Below the pieces are notes generated by a model. That model was not told the origin of the DNA, did not search any database, and saw nothing but the letters and a program-made list of their open reading frames with translations. Positions 28,596-38,308 of a DNA stretch of 64,000 bases are shown one piece after another (the stretch's first letter is position 1; every line of letters starts with the position of its first letter). This stretch comes from an uncultured Bdellovibrionales bacterium (GTDB lineage Bacteria; Bdellovibrionota; Bdellovibrionia; Bdellovibrionales; JAEYZS01): positions 35,958 through 99,957 of the forward strand of contig CAYXYF010000004.1 of the NCBI GenBank assembly GCA_964469265.1, written 5' to 3'. Position numbers and translations under genes: made by a program.

Positions 28596-29635
28596 TATCC
28601 TGGGGGTAGGGTGGCGAGGATGGCATCAAAAGGGGCTGAATCTAAGATTTTCGCCTTAAAATAGGTGGGCAAGGTTCTCAAATCTGAAAAGGTCGAGGTC
28701 TCTGGTATATACTCTTTTCCTTGATAGATCCCTCGGGCATTCATGTCATCAATGATGGACTGAAAAACCGTCATTTTGTACATGGTCCACTCTGGCGCAA
28801 TGAGTTCGTCCCTTCTTGAAGACAGGGCACTTAAGCGCTGAACCGCAATGCTTTGCGGAAGATGCGCAATAAATTCGGCAACCTTTTGTGAATATTCGTT
28901 AAGCTCGATGGGTCTAAATGCGCCCTTTTCATAAAACTTCTCAAGTTTGGTTTGTTTTAAAACATGAAGGTTATGAAATTTGACGTTTTGAATCGGAAGC
29001 CTTGCCGTAAACTTAGCCTGCTCCACAATGTGATTAAGTGTTTCTTTGGGATGTCCAAAAATAAAGTGTAAGCCAATATCTATATTAGGAACATCTGCGA
29101 TCTTAAAAATAGTATCCAATGTGTTCTGAGCCGTATGCCCTCGTTTTTCAAACTCTAAAAAATCTTCGTAAAAAGTCTGAGCGCCCAGTTCTACTGAAAC
29201 ATAAGTTTTCTCTGAGAGCTTTTTCCATAGATTGATTAAAGCAGGTGAGATGCAGTCGGGTCTCGTTCCGATAACAATTCCAACAACTCCTTCGTGTGTT
29301 AAGGCTTCCTCGTACATGGCTTCTAGAGTTTTAATTCCAGCAAAAGAGTTGGTGTAGGACTGAAAATAGACCAAAAATTTATTATAAGCAGTCATCCCCG
29401 TAATTTTTTCTTTTACGTTTTTAATCTGCTGTTCAAGACTAAACTCACGTTGTTCGGCGTAAGCAGCCGATCCCCACACATCACAGAAGGTACACGTTTG
29501 CATTCCCTTAAGCCCCAAGCGGTTAGGGCAAGTGTCGGCAACGTTGACTGATATTTTTGAAACGCGCTCTCCGAATTTCTCTCTGTAATAATCGCCGATC
29601 GAGTAATAAGGCCGATTCATCCATTGGGTTTGCAT
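28595..29635 (-). CDS. Radical SAM protein, TIGR01212 (YhcC-like) family
   Basis: N-terminus YYREKFGERVSKISVNVADTCPNR...CTFC, and the overall length, match the TIGR01212 pattern. Confidence 0.7.
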   Translation of the reverse strand: MQTQWMNRPYYSIGDYYREKFGERVSKISVNVADTCPNRLGLKGMQTCTFCDVWGSAAYAEQREFSLEQQIKNVKEKITGMTAYNKFLVYFQSYTNSFAGIKTLEAMYEEALTHEGVVGIVIGTRPDCISPALINLWKKLSEKTYVSVELGAQTFYEDFLEFEKRGHTAQNTLDTIFKIADVPNIDIGLHFIFGHPKETLNHIVEQAKFTARLPIQNVKFHNLHVLKQTKLEKFYEKGAFRPIELNEYSQKVAEFIAHLPQSIAVQRLSALSSRRDELIAPEWTMYKMTVFQSIIDDMNARGIYQGKEYIPETSTFSDLRTLPTYFKAKILDSAPFDAILATLPPG

Positions 29636-29697
29636 TGGGGTAATCTAGCGGATTTTTATTGGCAAAGCCAGAGATAGCTGTATAAGAATACAGATCT

Positions 29698-30411
29698 ATG
29701 AAAAATATAAGGTTTTTCACGACGGAGGACGGGAGTCCGACGGCTTATTTTGAAAATTTCGAACAAGAGAAGATGCACCACTCTGGGGGCGCCTTCGGTG
29801 AAACTGTTTATATTTACGGACCCGCAATGCAATGGGGCTTTGCCATCATTGAAAAACCTTCCATCCTCTCTCTTGGAACTGGGCTTGCCTATAATGAAAT
29901 CCTTTCGGCAGCCTTCGCTGTGCTCTTTGATGCTGAGTTGGAAATGACGAGCTATGAATCTAACACTGATCTTAACAGCGCACTCATCGCATGGGTGACA
30001 GGTGGTGATGAGGGGATTGTTCCCTTCGAGGTTTACGATACAATTTTAGACCAAACTGCAGAAACGTTTGGAATTCAATCCAAGGACATCAAGTCCCATT
30101 TGGCAAATAGTTTCAAAACGGGCTGCTGGAAAGTTCGCGGTGCATGGGACTCTCAGGACGACTCAAAATATAATGTGATTTTATACGACTTCTTTAGCTC
30201 CAAGGCCATGGAGCAATTTTGGGAAGAAAACTTTTTAAAAAATTTCCTTGAAGAGAATGCAGATGGCTCCTGTGCCTTTGCAACTTATGCTTGCACGGGT
30301 AAGTTAAAACGCGCCTTAAAAGACAACGACTTTCAGTTTTACGAACGCAAAGGCTATAAGTGGAAGCGAAGTAGCACCTTCGCCTGTCGAAAGAAAACCT
30401 CACGGAGCTAA
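29698..30411 (+). CDS. MnmC/MnmD-like SAM-dependent methyltransferase (DUF752)
   Basis: TEDGSPTAYF...MHHSGGAFGETVYIY...ILSLGTGLAYN...ILYDFFS...FATYACTGKLKRAL...ERKGYKWKR parallels the N-terminal methyltransferase domain of MnmC. Confidence 0.55.
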   Translation: MKNIRFFTTEDGSPTAYFENFEQEKMHHSGGAFGETVYIYGPAMQWGFAIIEKPSILSLGTGLAYNEILSAAFAVLFDAELEMTSYESNTDLNSALIAWVTGGDEGIVPFEVYDTILDQTAETFGIQSKDIKSHLANSFKTGCWKVRGAWDSQDDSKYNVILYDFFSSKAMEQFWEENFLKNFLEENADGSCAFATYACTGKLKRALKDNDFQFYERKGYKWKRSSTFACRKKTSRS

Positions 30412-30684
30412 AAGGCTCGCATCAATAGCATCGACATAAAAGAGGATGTCTTTACTCTTAGACATGTGGCCATGAATAAGCGCAGCCTGATGTCTTTTTA
30501 AGGAGAGCTTCTTACATAAGAACTCTATAATTTCCTCATTGGCTTTCCCATCAACGGGGGGAGCCTTTATTTTTAATTTTAATCTGTCGCCATGCTCTCC
30601 TACGATGAATGTTTTAGAAGAGTTAGGAACGATGTGAACTTTTAAAATAATTCCTTTAGAAGTCTTTTGAATCCATGCTGGCAT
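30400..30684 (-). CDS. yggU: DUF167 (YggU) family protein
   Basis: 94 aa. LKVHIVPNSSKT...LKLKIKAPPVDGKANEEIIEFL is the DUF167 signature. Its 3' end overlaps the convergent gene by 12 nt. Confidence 0.7.
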   Translation of the reverse strand: MPAWIQKTSKGIILKVHIVPNSSKTFIVGEHGDRLKLKIKAPPVDGKANEEIIEFLCKKLSLKRHQAALIHGHMSKSKDILFYVDAIDASLLAP

Positions 30685-32120
30685 TACTCTGCCCTTACGC
30701 TGAACGGTCTTGTTTTTGCGATATCTTTGAGATCGGTTATTGCCATAAAAAGTCTATCAAGCCCTAAGGCAATTCCCGAAGTCGGAGGGAAGCCTGCTTT
30801 TAATGCACGCATAAACTCTTCATCAATAGGAACCCCTTCTCCTGATCGATTTTTTCTCATAGCAATTTCTTCTTGGAATCTTCGCAGTTGTTCTTCAGGG
30901 TCGTTAAGCTCATGAAACGCATTCGCAATCTCAAGTCCCTTCCAATAAAATTCAAAACGATCTGCCCATCCATCTGGAGTTAGGCGTGCAAGAGCTGCCT
31001 GAGTAGGAGGGTAGTGTTTCACAATCGTCGGAACATCGAAGCCCAAAGTTGATTCAATTTTTTCAAGAAATATACGAAAGAAAATATCATTCCATGTATC
31101 GTCTGGCTCTACGGAAATCTCAAATTTTTGTGCAAGATTTTGAAGCTCTTGTTTTGTTGTCTTTGGGGTGAGGGTAAAGTCGCAATGCGCTTTGAAAAGA
31201 TCTGACACCGTTGTAACTTTAATTTGTCCATAGCCTACGATAGGTCGTGGCCAATGAAGATTCAGATAGTTCAGTATTCCCTGAATGTCTTTAATTAATT
31301 CATCAAAAGTAGAATATGATCGATACCATTCAAGCATCCAAAACTCAGGCTGATGAGTTTCAGAAACCTCGTTATTTCTAAAGCATTTTTTAATTTCATA
31401 AATGCGTGACCACCCAGCAGAAATCATTTTTTTAAGATGAAGCTCAGGGCTGGTGGGTAAGTAGTAAGTTTCTTTTGATCGGTTGACTTTAAGTTCGGTT
31501 TTAAAGAAATCCAAGAAGGGCTCCGTACCAGGCGCTTTGAGCAATGTCGGTGTATGCACTTCAGTAAAGTCTAACACATCAAAAGTTTTTCGGATTAGCT
31601 TTAAGAAGTACTGCCATTGTTGCGACCGCTTGAGTGTGAAGTTTTCTAAGTAGTAAGGTTCAGCGGATGGCGCTAAGAGTTGGCAAGAGTGTGCATGGAC
31701 TGTTTTTACCCGAACTTCATGACCTTCCACTTGGACTTCATTCCAGTACCCCTTAACGAGTATGTGGTCGCCAGTGGCAAGAATATCATCAATAGAATAT
31801 TGAGAAGATAAAGAGCAAGAGTTCCTAAATTCTAAGGATAAACTTTCGCCGTTGCTTTCAATGGAATAGTAATTTTTGTCACTTCCATCTCCTTTAAATA
31901 CTCGCCCTGCTAACCAAAACTCCTCAGATTTAAGTTTTTTTTCACCAGAGTTTAATTTGGCGAACATTTTAAGAAAGTCCCGCACAGTAAAGACTTTGGT
32001 CTCTAAAAAAGGGTACTTTTTCCATTCTTCTTTCAGGTATTGTTCTCTAGCAGTTATCATATATAAGGCATAGATACACGATATAGCAGCTGAGGCCAAA
32101 ATGTTTTTACGACTAATCAT
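30684..32120 (-). CDS. EpmA (GenX/PoxA)-like class II lysyl-tRNA-synthetase paralogue with an extra N-terminal OB-like domain
   Basis: Motif 2 CFRNNEVSETHQPEFWMLEWY. Motif 3 SGIALGLDRLFMAI (EpmA has SGVALGVDRL). FTEVHTPTL...LPTSPELHLKKM resembles EpmA. About 165 aa precede the core. An alternative start is Met21 (32060). Confidence 0.65.
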   Translation of the reverse strand: MISRKNILASAAISCIYALYMITAREQYLKEEWKKYPFLETKVFTVRDFLKMFAKLNSGEKKLKSEEFWLAGRVFKGDGSDKNYYSIESNGESLSLEFRNSCSLSSQYSIDDILATGDHILVKGYWNEVQVEGHEVRVKTVHAHSCQLLAPSAEPYYLENFTLKRSQQWQYFLKLIRKTFDVLDFTEVHTPTLLKAPGTEPFLDFFKTELKVNRSKETYYLPTSPELHLKKMISAGWSRIYEIKKCFRNNEVSETHQPEFWMLEWYRSYSTFDELIKDIQGILNYLNLHWPRPIVGYGQIKVTTVSDLFKAHCDFTLTPKTTKQELQNLAQKFEISVEPDDTWNDIFFRIFLEKIESTLGFDVPTIVKHYPPTQAALARLTPDGWADRFEFYWKGLEIANAFHELNDPEEQLRRFQEEIAMRKNRSGEGVPIDEEFMRALKAGFPPTSGIALGLDRLFMAITDLKDIAKTRPFSVRAE

Positions 32121-32706
32121 TTCTATTATAGTTTTTTTAGGAGTTAATGACTTTGTTTACGCCTATAGAACCCAAGGTGTACAAAGAATAAATCCTAATT
32201 TGGCTATCAGCAGGGCTGAAAAGTTTGGTTTAAAAATTCCAGCACATGAACGAAAGATTAAAAACGAACTCGTTCGTTTAAAGTCTTCGAATAAAAAAGA
32301 ATTTCAAAGAAGGCTTTCGCAAAACATTGAAAATCCAACCTTACTGCAGGGCTACTTACAGGAAGTCAATGACGGCTTAAAAACCGTAGAAAAAGCAAAG
32401 ACGATCGCAAAATATCAGATTTACATTAAGGTTGAAGAGGATTGGGATATCATAAGAACTACAGCACTCAACACAAGGGTCGATAGAAGTTTTCAGCAGT
32501 TTCGGAGTAAGTTACTTGATGATCTTGAAGGCCTTTACTACTTAAGAACAACTCCGCAAGGATATCTGTTTCAGGTGGGACAGTGGGCGTATGTCACGGT
32601 TTCAAAGAATCTTCGGTCCATTATTTGGCGAATCGAGTACAACTCAAAGTACGATAATAACCGCCTTGAGGAAGGCGCTGAAGATATTCAAATACAAGAC
32701 GATTAG
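32101..32706 (+). CDS. Exported hypothetical protein
   Basis: 201 aa with the signal-like N-terminus LIISIIVFLGVNDFVYA. No family recognised. Its stop overlaps the ihfB stop. Confidence 0.45.
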   Translation: MFLRLIISIIVFLGVNDFVYAYRTQGVQRINPNLAISRAEKFGLKIPAHERKIKNELVRLKSSNKKEFQRRLSQNIENPTLLQGYLQEVNDGLKTVEKAKTIAKYQIYIKVEEDWDIIRTTALNTRVDRSFQQFRSKLLDDLEGLYYLRTTPQGYLFQVGQWAYVTVSKNLRSIIWRIEYNSKYDNNRLEEGAEDIQIQDD

Positions 32707-33011
32707 TCGTTGTCCTCTGGGAGCGGCTTCCCAGCATTAACGTTGATTTCTTCCTTAAGTTCTTTTCCAACTTTAAAGAATGGAAGCTTTTTTTGAGCGA
32801 CTTCAATAACCTCGCCAGTTCTCGGGTTTCTACCCTTGTAAGCATCATATTGACGATTTACGAATGAGCCAAATCCTCTAATTTCAATGCGGTCGCCTTT
32901 TTGAAGAGCTTCCACCATGGAGTCAAAAATTGTATTCACAACGGTTTCCGCTTTGACCCGTGTGATTTTTGCCTTTTCAGAAATGAGATTGATAAGATCT
33001 GCCTTGGTCAT
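32703..33011 (-). CDS. ihfB: Integration host factor beta subunit (HU/IHF family)
   Basis: MTKADLI...GDRIEIRGFGSF...GRNPRTGEVIEV...PFFKVGKELK matches IHF-beta closely. Confidence 0.8.
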   Translation of the reverse strand: MTKADLINLISEKAKITRVKAETVVNTIFDSMVEALQKGDRIEIRGFGSFVNRQYDAYKGRNPRTGEVIEVAQKKLPFFKVGKELKEEINVNAGKPLPEDND

Positions 33012-33148
33012 TGAGAATCCTTAAATGTTTAATTGTTTCCTCTAGTTAAGTCTGTCTCAGCGAATTTTGCATTTCAATGCTAAACTGCCACCTCGACCTA
33101 TATTTTTAGTTAAATAACGCTATCTGCCAAATTTTATATCAAAATCGC

Positions 33149-34393
33149 TTAATAATGAGATCTATTAAGGATTTTGTTATATGCGTCGATGGTTGTTTTT
33201 ACCATTTTGTCGGTATCAAACAAGTCCCGCACTTTCATTGAAGCGCGCGTGCCGATCTCTTCAGTATTGAGCTGACCACGAAATATATCTAATATCAACT
33301 GCGACAGTGTCGCCGTATCGGCTGGACGAACAAGAAACCCTTCAATGCCATCTTCAACAATAGATGAAAGTGCGCTGATCTCAGATCCCACAATTGTTTT
33401 TCCTTGTGACATTGCAACTAGAAGGCTTGGTTCAAAACCCGTTGAAGCTAAACTCAAGTTCACAAAAACTTGTGCTAAAGAAATATAATTGAAAATTTCA
33501 TCGTCGGTCACAGCGCCCGTCAAAATGACTTTGTCACCAAGGGCTAAACTTAAAACTTCATATTCAAGATCAAACATCATTGGACCGTCACCAAGGATGA
33601 TAAGCCTAGCATCAGGTTTTTTGATGGCAACTTTTTGAAATGCTTTTAAGATAACTTTTAAATCTTCGATATCCGTCATGTCAGATACTGTAACCACGCA
33701 CTGATTATCAACGGTGAGCTCGTGCTTTGCTTGAAGCGTTTCAATGGACTCTTTATCAACGTTGGGATTAAACTGAACTCCGTAAGGTACAGTGTACATA
33801 CGGGCATCGGGATAAAAATAGTATCGTTCCAAAGCAAGGCGCTCCGCTGGGGACGAAACAAAGACGGCGTCTGCGGATTTTAAAATTTTTCGGTCCGAAC
33901 CCCAGTATGTTCTAAGGTATTTGTAAACCATAACAAAGTCGGTTTTTATCATGCTGGGTAGATTTTCAGTTTTCATTCCAGCAATTGAAAAAAGTTGAAA
34001 CAGCTGAGTTCCGCCCACATCAAAAGCTGTGGCAATTCGGTAAAGCTTTCTTCTTTGCGCGATGGGAATACCTGATGAGTCCAGACTATGGACAATATGA
34101 AAGGGTTTGGTTTTGTGAAGCTCATTAAATTTACGACGGACCTCACTTGAAAAGCTCGTACGACGTTGAAGTTTTGGATCAATATAGTGAATGTTTACTC
34201 CGTCACGGACTTCTTCCAAACCAGATGTATTCTTTTGCGCAGAGATCACTGTGACTTTATGACCAGCTTCGACTAAGCCTTTGGCAATCGGGAATAAATA
34301 GCCGTACTCAGATGTGCGTCCAGAAATTGGAAACTTATGTGTTGTCATGCAAATGTTGAGTTGTTTCGGGACTTCGTACTTTCTAAAAAACAT
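33149..34393 (-). CDS. Glycosyltransferase family 4 (GT-B, RfaG-like)
   Basis: The N-terminal Rossmann beta1 strand (LNICMTTHKFP) and the C-terminal GFEPSLLVAMSQGKTIVGSE...EDGIEGFLV carry the EX7E-type motif. Confidence 0.75.
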   Translation of the reverse strand: MFFRKYEVPKQLNICMTTHKFPISGRTSEYGYLFPIAKGLVEAGHKVTVISAQKNTSGLEEVRDGVNIHYIDPKLQRRTSFSSEVRRKFNELHKTKPFHIVHSLDSSGIPIAQRRKLYRIATAFDVGGTQLFQLFSIAGMKTENLPSMIKTDFVMVYKYLRTYWGSDRKILKSADAVFVSSPAERLALERYYFYPDARMYTVPYGVQFNPNVDKESIETLQAKHELTVDNQCVVTVSDMTDIEDLKVILKAFQKVAIKKPDARLIILGDGPMMFDLEYEVLSLALGDKVILTGAVTDDEIFNYISLAQVFVNLSLASTGFEPSLLVAMSQGKTIVGSEISALSSIVEDGIEGFLVRPADTATLSQLILDIFRGQLNTEEIGTRASMKVRDLFDTDKMVKTTIDAYNKILNRSHY

Positions 34394-34444
34394 GATTCTA
34401 TAAAATCATATCTTGCTAATTTAAGTCTACTATAACTTGGTTTA

Positions 34445-35332
34445 TTAATTAAATAGACCAGAGCAAGCTGGTTTAATCACTAGGACTTTGTCATTTAGCG
34501 AACGTATTTCATGAGCGATGCTTTGCATTCGTAAGGGGATCCGCAATACATCATCGAATAAAACTCCGTGGACGTTTTCAAAGTTAAGAAGATGTTTTGT
34601 TGTGAGAAAAACGGCCTCACTAGAATCGGATGAAGGCTGAAGAACTTTGATGGAGAAGATTCTTCGTTTTATGTCTTGTGCGCCAAGAAATACAACATTT
34701 GCTTCGGTTCTTAAAGCGGGTAGCTCCCTCACTGAGAGCTCAAGGAGTGTGTCTTTGTATTCAATGGTCGCGGGCTTGCCTGGCTCCATCGCAATCTTAT
34801 ATTTAAGGCTATCTCTAAGAATCGTTTCATGATGAAGGTCAAACATAGAGCTCTTGGTTGTATCTATTATTCCGCGCGCTCGATCTTTCTCATTGAGAGC
34901 GTCCAAAATTTTACGGGCGAGGTCCTTTTTGATATTATGAAAATAGCGAGCGGAAACTTCGTTGTTTTGAGACAAAAAGTACTGGTTTGCAGCCTTCAGA
35001 ATGCGATTAACCTCGTTTATAACCTCTTCTGCGTAGGAGTCCGTTTTGATGGAGTCGAGGTAAAAAATATAACTATTTACTGCATTTCTTAAGATTTGAA
35101 ATGTTCTCTGTGATCGCTCCTCGGGAATGATAGAAAGATTTTGTACAAAGTCGTAAAAGTGAGAATTAATCAATAGCTCGTACGTGCGCTTCTGATTTTG
35201 CGTTAATCGCTCTAAATATTCGTAATCGAATTCCTCATTGAGATTGATTCTAGGACCGTCAGGTGGATTGGCCCATGTCCTCGCGCCAGGAAGACTTATT
35301 AGCAAAATGAATAAAAATAACTTCAAATACAA
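34445..35332 (-). CDS. Exported hypothetical protein
   Basis: 295 aa with the signal peptide LFLFILLISLPGARTWA. No family recognised. Confidence 0.5.
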   Translation of the reverse strand: MYLKLFLFILLISLPGARTWANPPDGPRINLNEEFDYEYLERLTQNQKRTYELLINSHFYDFVQNLSIIPEERSQRTFQILRNAVNSYIFYLDSIKTDSYAEEVINEVNRILKAANQYFLSQNNEVSARYFHNIKKDLARKILDALNEKDRARGIIDTTKSSMFDLHHETILRDSLKYKIAMEPGKPATIEYKDTLLELSVRELPALRTEANVVFLGAQDIKRRIFSIKVLQPSSDSSEAVFLTTKHLLNFENVHGVLFDDVLRIPLRMQSIAHEIRSLNDKVLVIKPACSGLFN

Positions 35333-35447
35333 AATGGTGCCCTTTTTTGTAAGAACTATGAAAATTAGTTATAAGTTGGTCTCTAAGAAAGATTTTAGAG
35401 CCTTTTATACTTGCGAAACCTTAATAATGCAAACGAGGTGCCTGAGT

Positions 35448-35858
35448 TTAGACGAGAAGCTCTAATAGCTTTGGAAGAATTTTACGGTTTGCCTCCGGGA
35501 TTTCTAACTGAGCAAGCTCTTCTGGGCGAATCCATTTCAATTCTTTATGGTGCTGGCTTTTTGGTTCGCCCTTCCAGAGCTTCACATCAAAGAAGAGCAT
35601 CAAAATTCCACGGTCCCCGTAAGCATGGGTGTGAGAGTGTCTGAGCGAACCGATTTCAGCTTCAATCCCGAGTTCTTCTTGAAGCTCACGCTTTAATGCC
35701 TGTTCGGGATTTTCTCCTAATTCGATTTTTCCACCAGGGAACTCCCATTGTCCAGCTAAGCTATGGCCCTCAGGTCGTTGTCCGACTAAAACAAGACCGT
35801 TTTTCCGTATAAAACCTGTTACAACTGGAATCCATGAGGGACGCTTTTTGAAACTCAT
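35448..35858 (-). CDS. mutT: Nudix hydrolase, MutT-like 8-oxo-dGTP diphosphatase
   Basis: Nudix box GQWEFPGGKIELGENPEQALKRELQEELGI. Confidence 0.8.
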   Translation of the reverse strand: MSFKKRPSWIPVVTGFIRKNGLVLVGQRPEGHSLAGQWEFPGGKIELGENPEQALKRELQEELGIEAEIGSLRHSHTHAYGDRGILMLFFDVKLWKGEPKSQHHKELKWIRPEELAQLEIPEANRKILPKLLELLV

Positions 35859-36880
35859 TTCATGATCTTATTAAAATCATTTGAATCTTTAAAGACTTTT
35901 TTAAAGAAAAATGGACCTTCAAAAATTAGTGTCGAGTACACCTGAACAAGATCTGCACCCATTTGCAGTCTTTCAAAAACTTCCTCAGAGGTCATCACAC
36001 CGCCAACACTCACAATCAACTTGTCTTTTCTGTTAGCCCCGAGGTGTTCAATTGCTGCTTTAAGAAACAACTTTGATTTTTCTTGAAGGGGAAGTCCTGA
36101 AACTCCGCCCGTTTTTGGATAGGGCATGGAAGGCTCTCTTTTTGTTGTTGTATTTGTAAGGATCCATCCATCAATTCCAGCTTCTAAGCTAATATCAAGC
36201 ACACTTTTTAATTCTTGAATTGTCAGATCAGGAGAAATTTTAAGCAAAAGCGGGGTGAGTGTACCGATGCTTGCATCCTTGTTCTCTTCAACAACAACAG
36301 AGAGAAACTCTTGCAGATTTTCTGGTTGGAGGAGTGACCGAAGTTGAGGAGTATTTGGGCTGCTGATATTTATAACAAAAGCATCTGCCACTTCAGATAG
36401 AGTTCTGATGAGTTTAATGTAGTCATCCACTGCGCTCTCAACTGGAGTATCCCTGTTTTTTCCTAAGTTGACAAAAACGGGAGTGAAGTGGGGATGGCGT
36501 AACTTTCTGAGGTTTTTTCGGACGGCATTTGCTCCCCGGCTTGGAAAGCCAAGTTGGTTCCAAAGAGATCGCGTTTCAAGATGTCTATCAATTGTTTTCC
36601 CCGGGTTTGCAATCTGTGCATTTGGCGTGACTGTGCCGACCTCAACAAACCCTACTCCGAGAGTCCAAAGTTCATGAACGAGTTCTGCGTTTTTATCAAA
36701 CCCACCAGCAATACCAAGCGGGTTGGTGAAATCCAACCCACGCCACGAAAATGGTTTCCATGTTAAAGTCTTTGGTCGATTGAAACGCCCGTATACCTTT
36801 AAGAACCAAGGGCTAACATTGTGTCCGATTTGTGGTGAAAGAAGAAGCCAGGGTTTAAAGTCCTTAAGCTTTCCAATCAT
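35855..36880 (-). CDS. pyrD: Dihydroorotate dehydrogenase (quinone), class 2
   Basis: NPLGIAGGFDKN, GFVEVGTVTP, INISSPNT and GGVSG motifs. Has 4-nt overlaps with gdh and mutT. Confidence 0.88.
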   Translation of the reverse strand: MIGKLKDFKPWLLLSPQIGHNVSPWFLKVYGRFNRPKTLTWKPFSWRGLDFTNPLGIAGGFDKNAELVHELWTLGVGFVEVGTVTPNAQIANPGKTIDRHLETRSLWNQLGFPSRGANAVRKNLRKLRHPHFTPVFVNLGKNRDTPVESAVDDYIKLIRTLSEVADAFVINISSPNTPQLRSLLQPENLQEFLSVVVEENKDASIGTLTPLLLKISPDLTIQELKSVLDISLEAGIDGWILTNTTTKREPSMPYPKTGGVSGLPLQEKSKLFLKAAIEHLGANRKDKLIVSVGGVMTSEEVFERLQMGADLVQVYSTLIFEGPFFFKKVFKDSNDFNKIMK

Positions 36881-38139
36881 CTTGGATACAAGCCTCGGAG
36901 TAACATTGCTTTCTCAAGCCGTTTCACAGCTACGCACATTGCTGATGTTCTCATATCAACGTTTCTCTCTTTAGAGAACTCCCATACTCTGTGGAATGCA
37001 TTTGTGATTTGATGATGGAGCTTCTCATTCACTTCTGCTTCTCCCCAGAAGAATGAGGCAAGCGACTGAACCCATTCAAAATAAGAAACAATCACACCAC
37101 CACCATTGGCCAAGATATCAGGAATAATAGTGATACCTTTATCGTTAAGAAATCTGTCAGCCTCTCCTGTAACAGGTCCGTTTGCACCTTCCACAACAAG
37201 TTTAGCGCGAATGTCGTTGGCGTTATTTTTGTTGATTGAGCCGTCAAGAGCACAAGGTAGTAGGGCATCACAATCCATCGCAAGCAATTGATCATTAGTG
37301 ATTTTTTCATGAGGAACAGAAACACCGTCAAAGGTTTTGTTAGCTTTGTAATGTTCCCAAACTTTCTTAATATCAAGCCCAGACGAGCTAGTGATACCGC
37401 CATGAACGTCAGAAATTGCAACCACCTTTGCGCCTCTCTCAAAAGCATAAAGGGCAGCGTGCGCACCAACGTTACCAAAACCTTGAATTGCAACGCGAGT
37501 TGAATCCATCTTCATACCTAATACCTTCAATGCTTCTTGAAGACAGAACACAACACCGAGGCCTGTTGCTCCCATTCTTCCAAGTGAACCACCGATTTCA
37601 ACTGGCTTACCAGTTACTACACCGTGAACGGCATAGCCTTGCTGTTGAGAGTAAGTGTCTAGTAACCATGCCATGGTTTGTCCGTCTGTTCCGACGTCAG
37701 GTGCTGGGATATCTTTTGTTGGTCCAATGAAAGGAGCAATTTCAGATGTGAATCTTCGAGTGAGAGCTTGTAATTCGTTTCTTGAAAGTTTTGTCGGATC
37801 AACTGCAACACCGCCTTTTGCTCCGCCTAACGGAAGTTGGAGGAGTGAAGCTTTAAATGTCATAAGCATTGCAAGGCCAGCAACTTCAGAGAGGTTTACG
37901 TCTTGATGATAACGAATACCACCTTTGAATGGTCCGAGAGTTTGAGAGTGTTGTACTCGATAACCGTTGAAGACCTTCACTGTTTGGTCCTCGAGACGAA
38001 CAGGCACACTTACGATAATTGCGCGCTTGGGTTTGATAAGGCGCTCGGCAACATTGGGATCAAGGTTTACCGTCTCCGCTGCATTTCGAAAAATTGATAT
38101 TGTGTTCTGATAGAGGTGACCTGATATTAACGAGTCCAT
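36877..38139 (-). CDS. gdh: Glutamate dehydrogenase (Glu/Leu/Phe/Val dehydrogenase family)
   Basis: Catalytic region LPLGGAKGGV and the dinucleotide fold AIQGFGNVG. 420 aa, like RocG/GudB-type enzymes. Confidence 0.88.
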   Translation of the reverse strand: MDSLISGHLYQNTISIFRNAAETVNLDPNVAERLIKPKRAIIVSVPVRLEDQTVKVFNGYRVQHSQTLGPFKGGIRYHQDVNLSEVAGLAMLMTFKASLLQLPLGGAKGGVAVDPTKLSRNELQALTRRFTSEIAPFIGPTKDIPAPDVGTDGQTMAWLLDTYSQQQGYAVHGVVTGKPVEIGGSLGRMGATGLGVVFCLQEALKVLGMKMDSTRVAIQGFGNVGAHAALYAFERGAKVVAISDVHGGITSSSGLDIKKVWEHYKANKTFDGVSVPHEKITNDQLLAMDCDALLPCALDGSINKNNANDIRAKLVVEGANGPVTGEADRFLNDKGITIIPDILANGGGVIVSYFEWVQSLASFFWGEAEVNEKLHHQITNAFHRVWEFSKERNVDMRTSAMCVAVKRLEKAMLLRGLYPR

Positions 38140-38308
38140 GATTTTCCTTCTTGGTCGATTGTTAAATGGCCGCTTGTTCTTGGTTGGCCGATCGACCGAT
38201 CTGTGTGAGAAGCAAGTCTCTCACAAAAAATAAATATGTCTACCTTTGTCATGAGACGTCTAAAGCGGTACTTGCCTTAAAGTGTCAACCGCAATAGTCT
38301 GATGTTGA

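Noticed and set aside
38204-38225. Hairpin TGTGAGA-n8-TCTCACA followed by an A-run, plus a nearby GGCCGATCGACCGATC, in the gdh / GT9 divergent region.
   Set aside because: The orientation is wrong for an intrinsic terminator on either strand. On the plus strand an A-run follows the hairpin, and on the minus strand the T-run precedes it. No -35 partner for the GCCGAT motif sits at sigma-28 spacing. It may be an operator, but that is unsupported.
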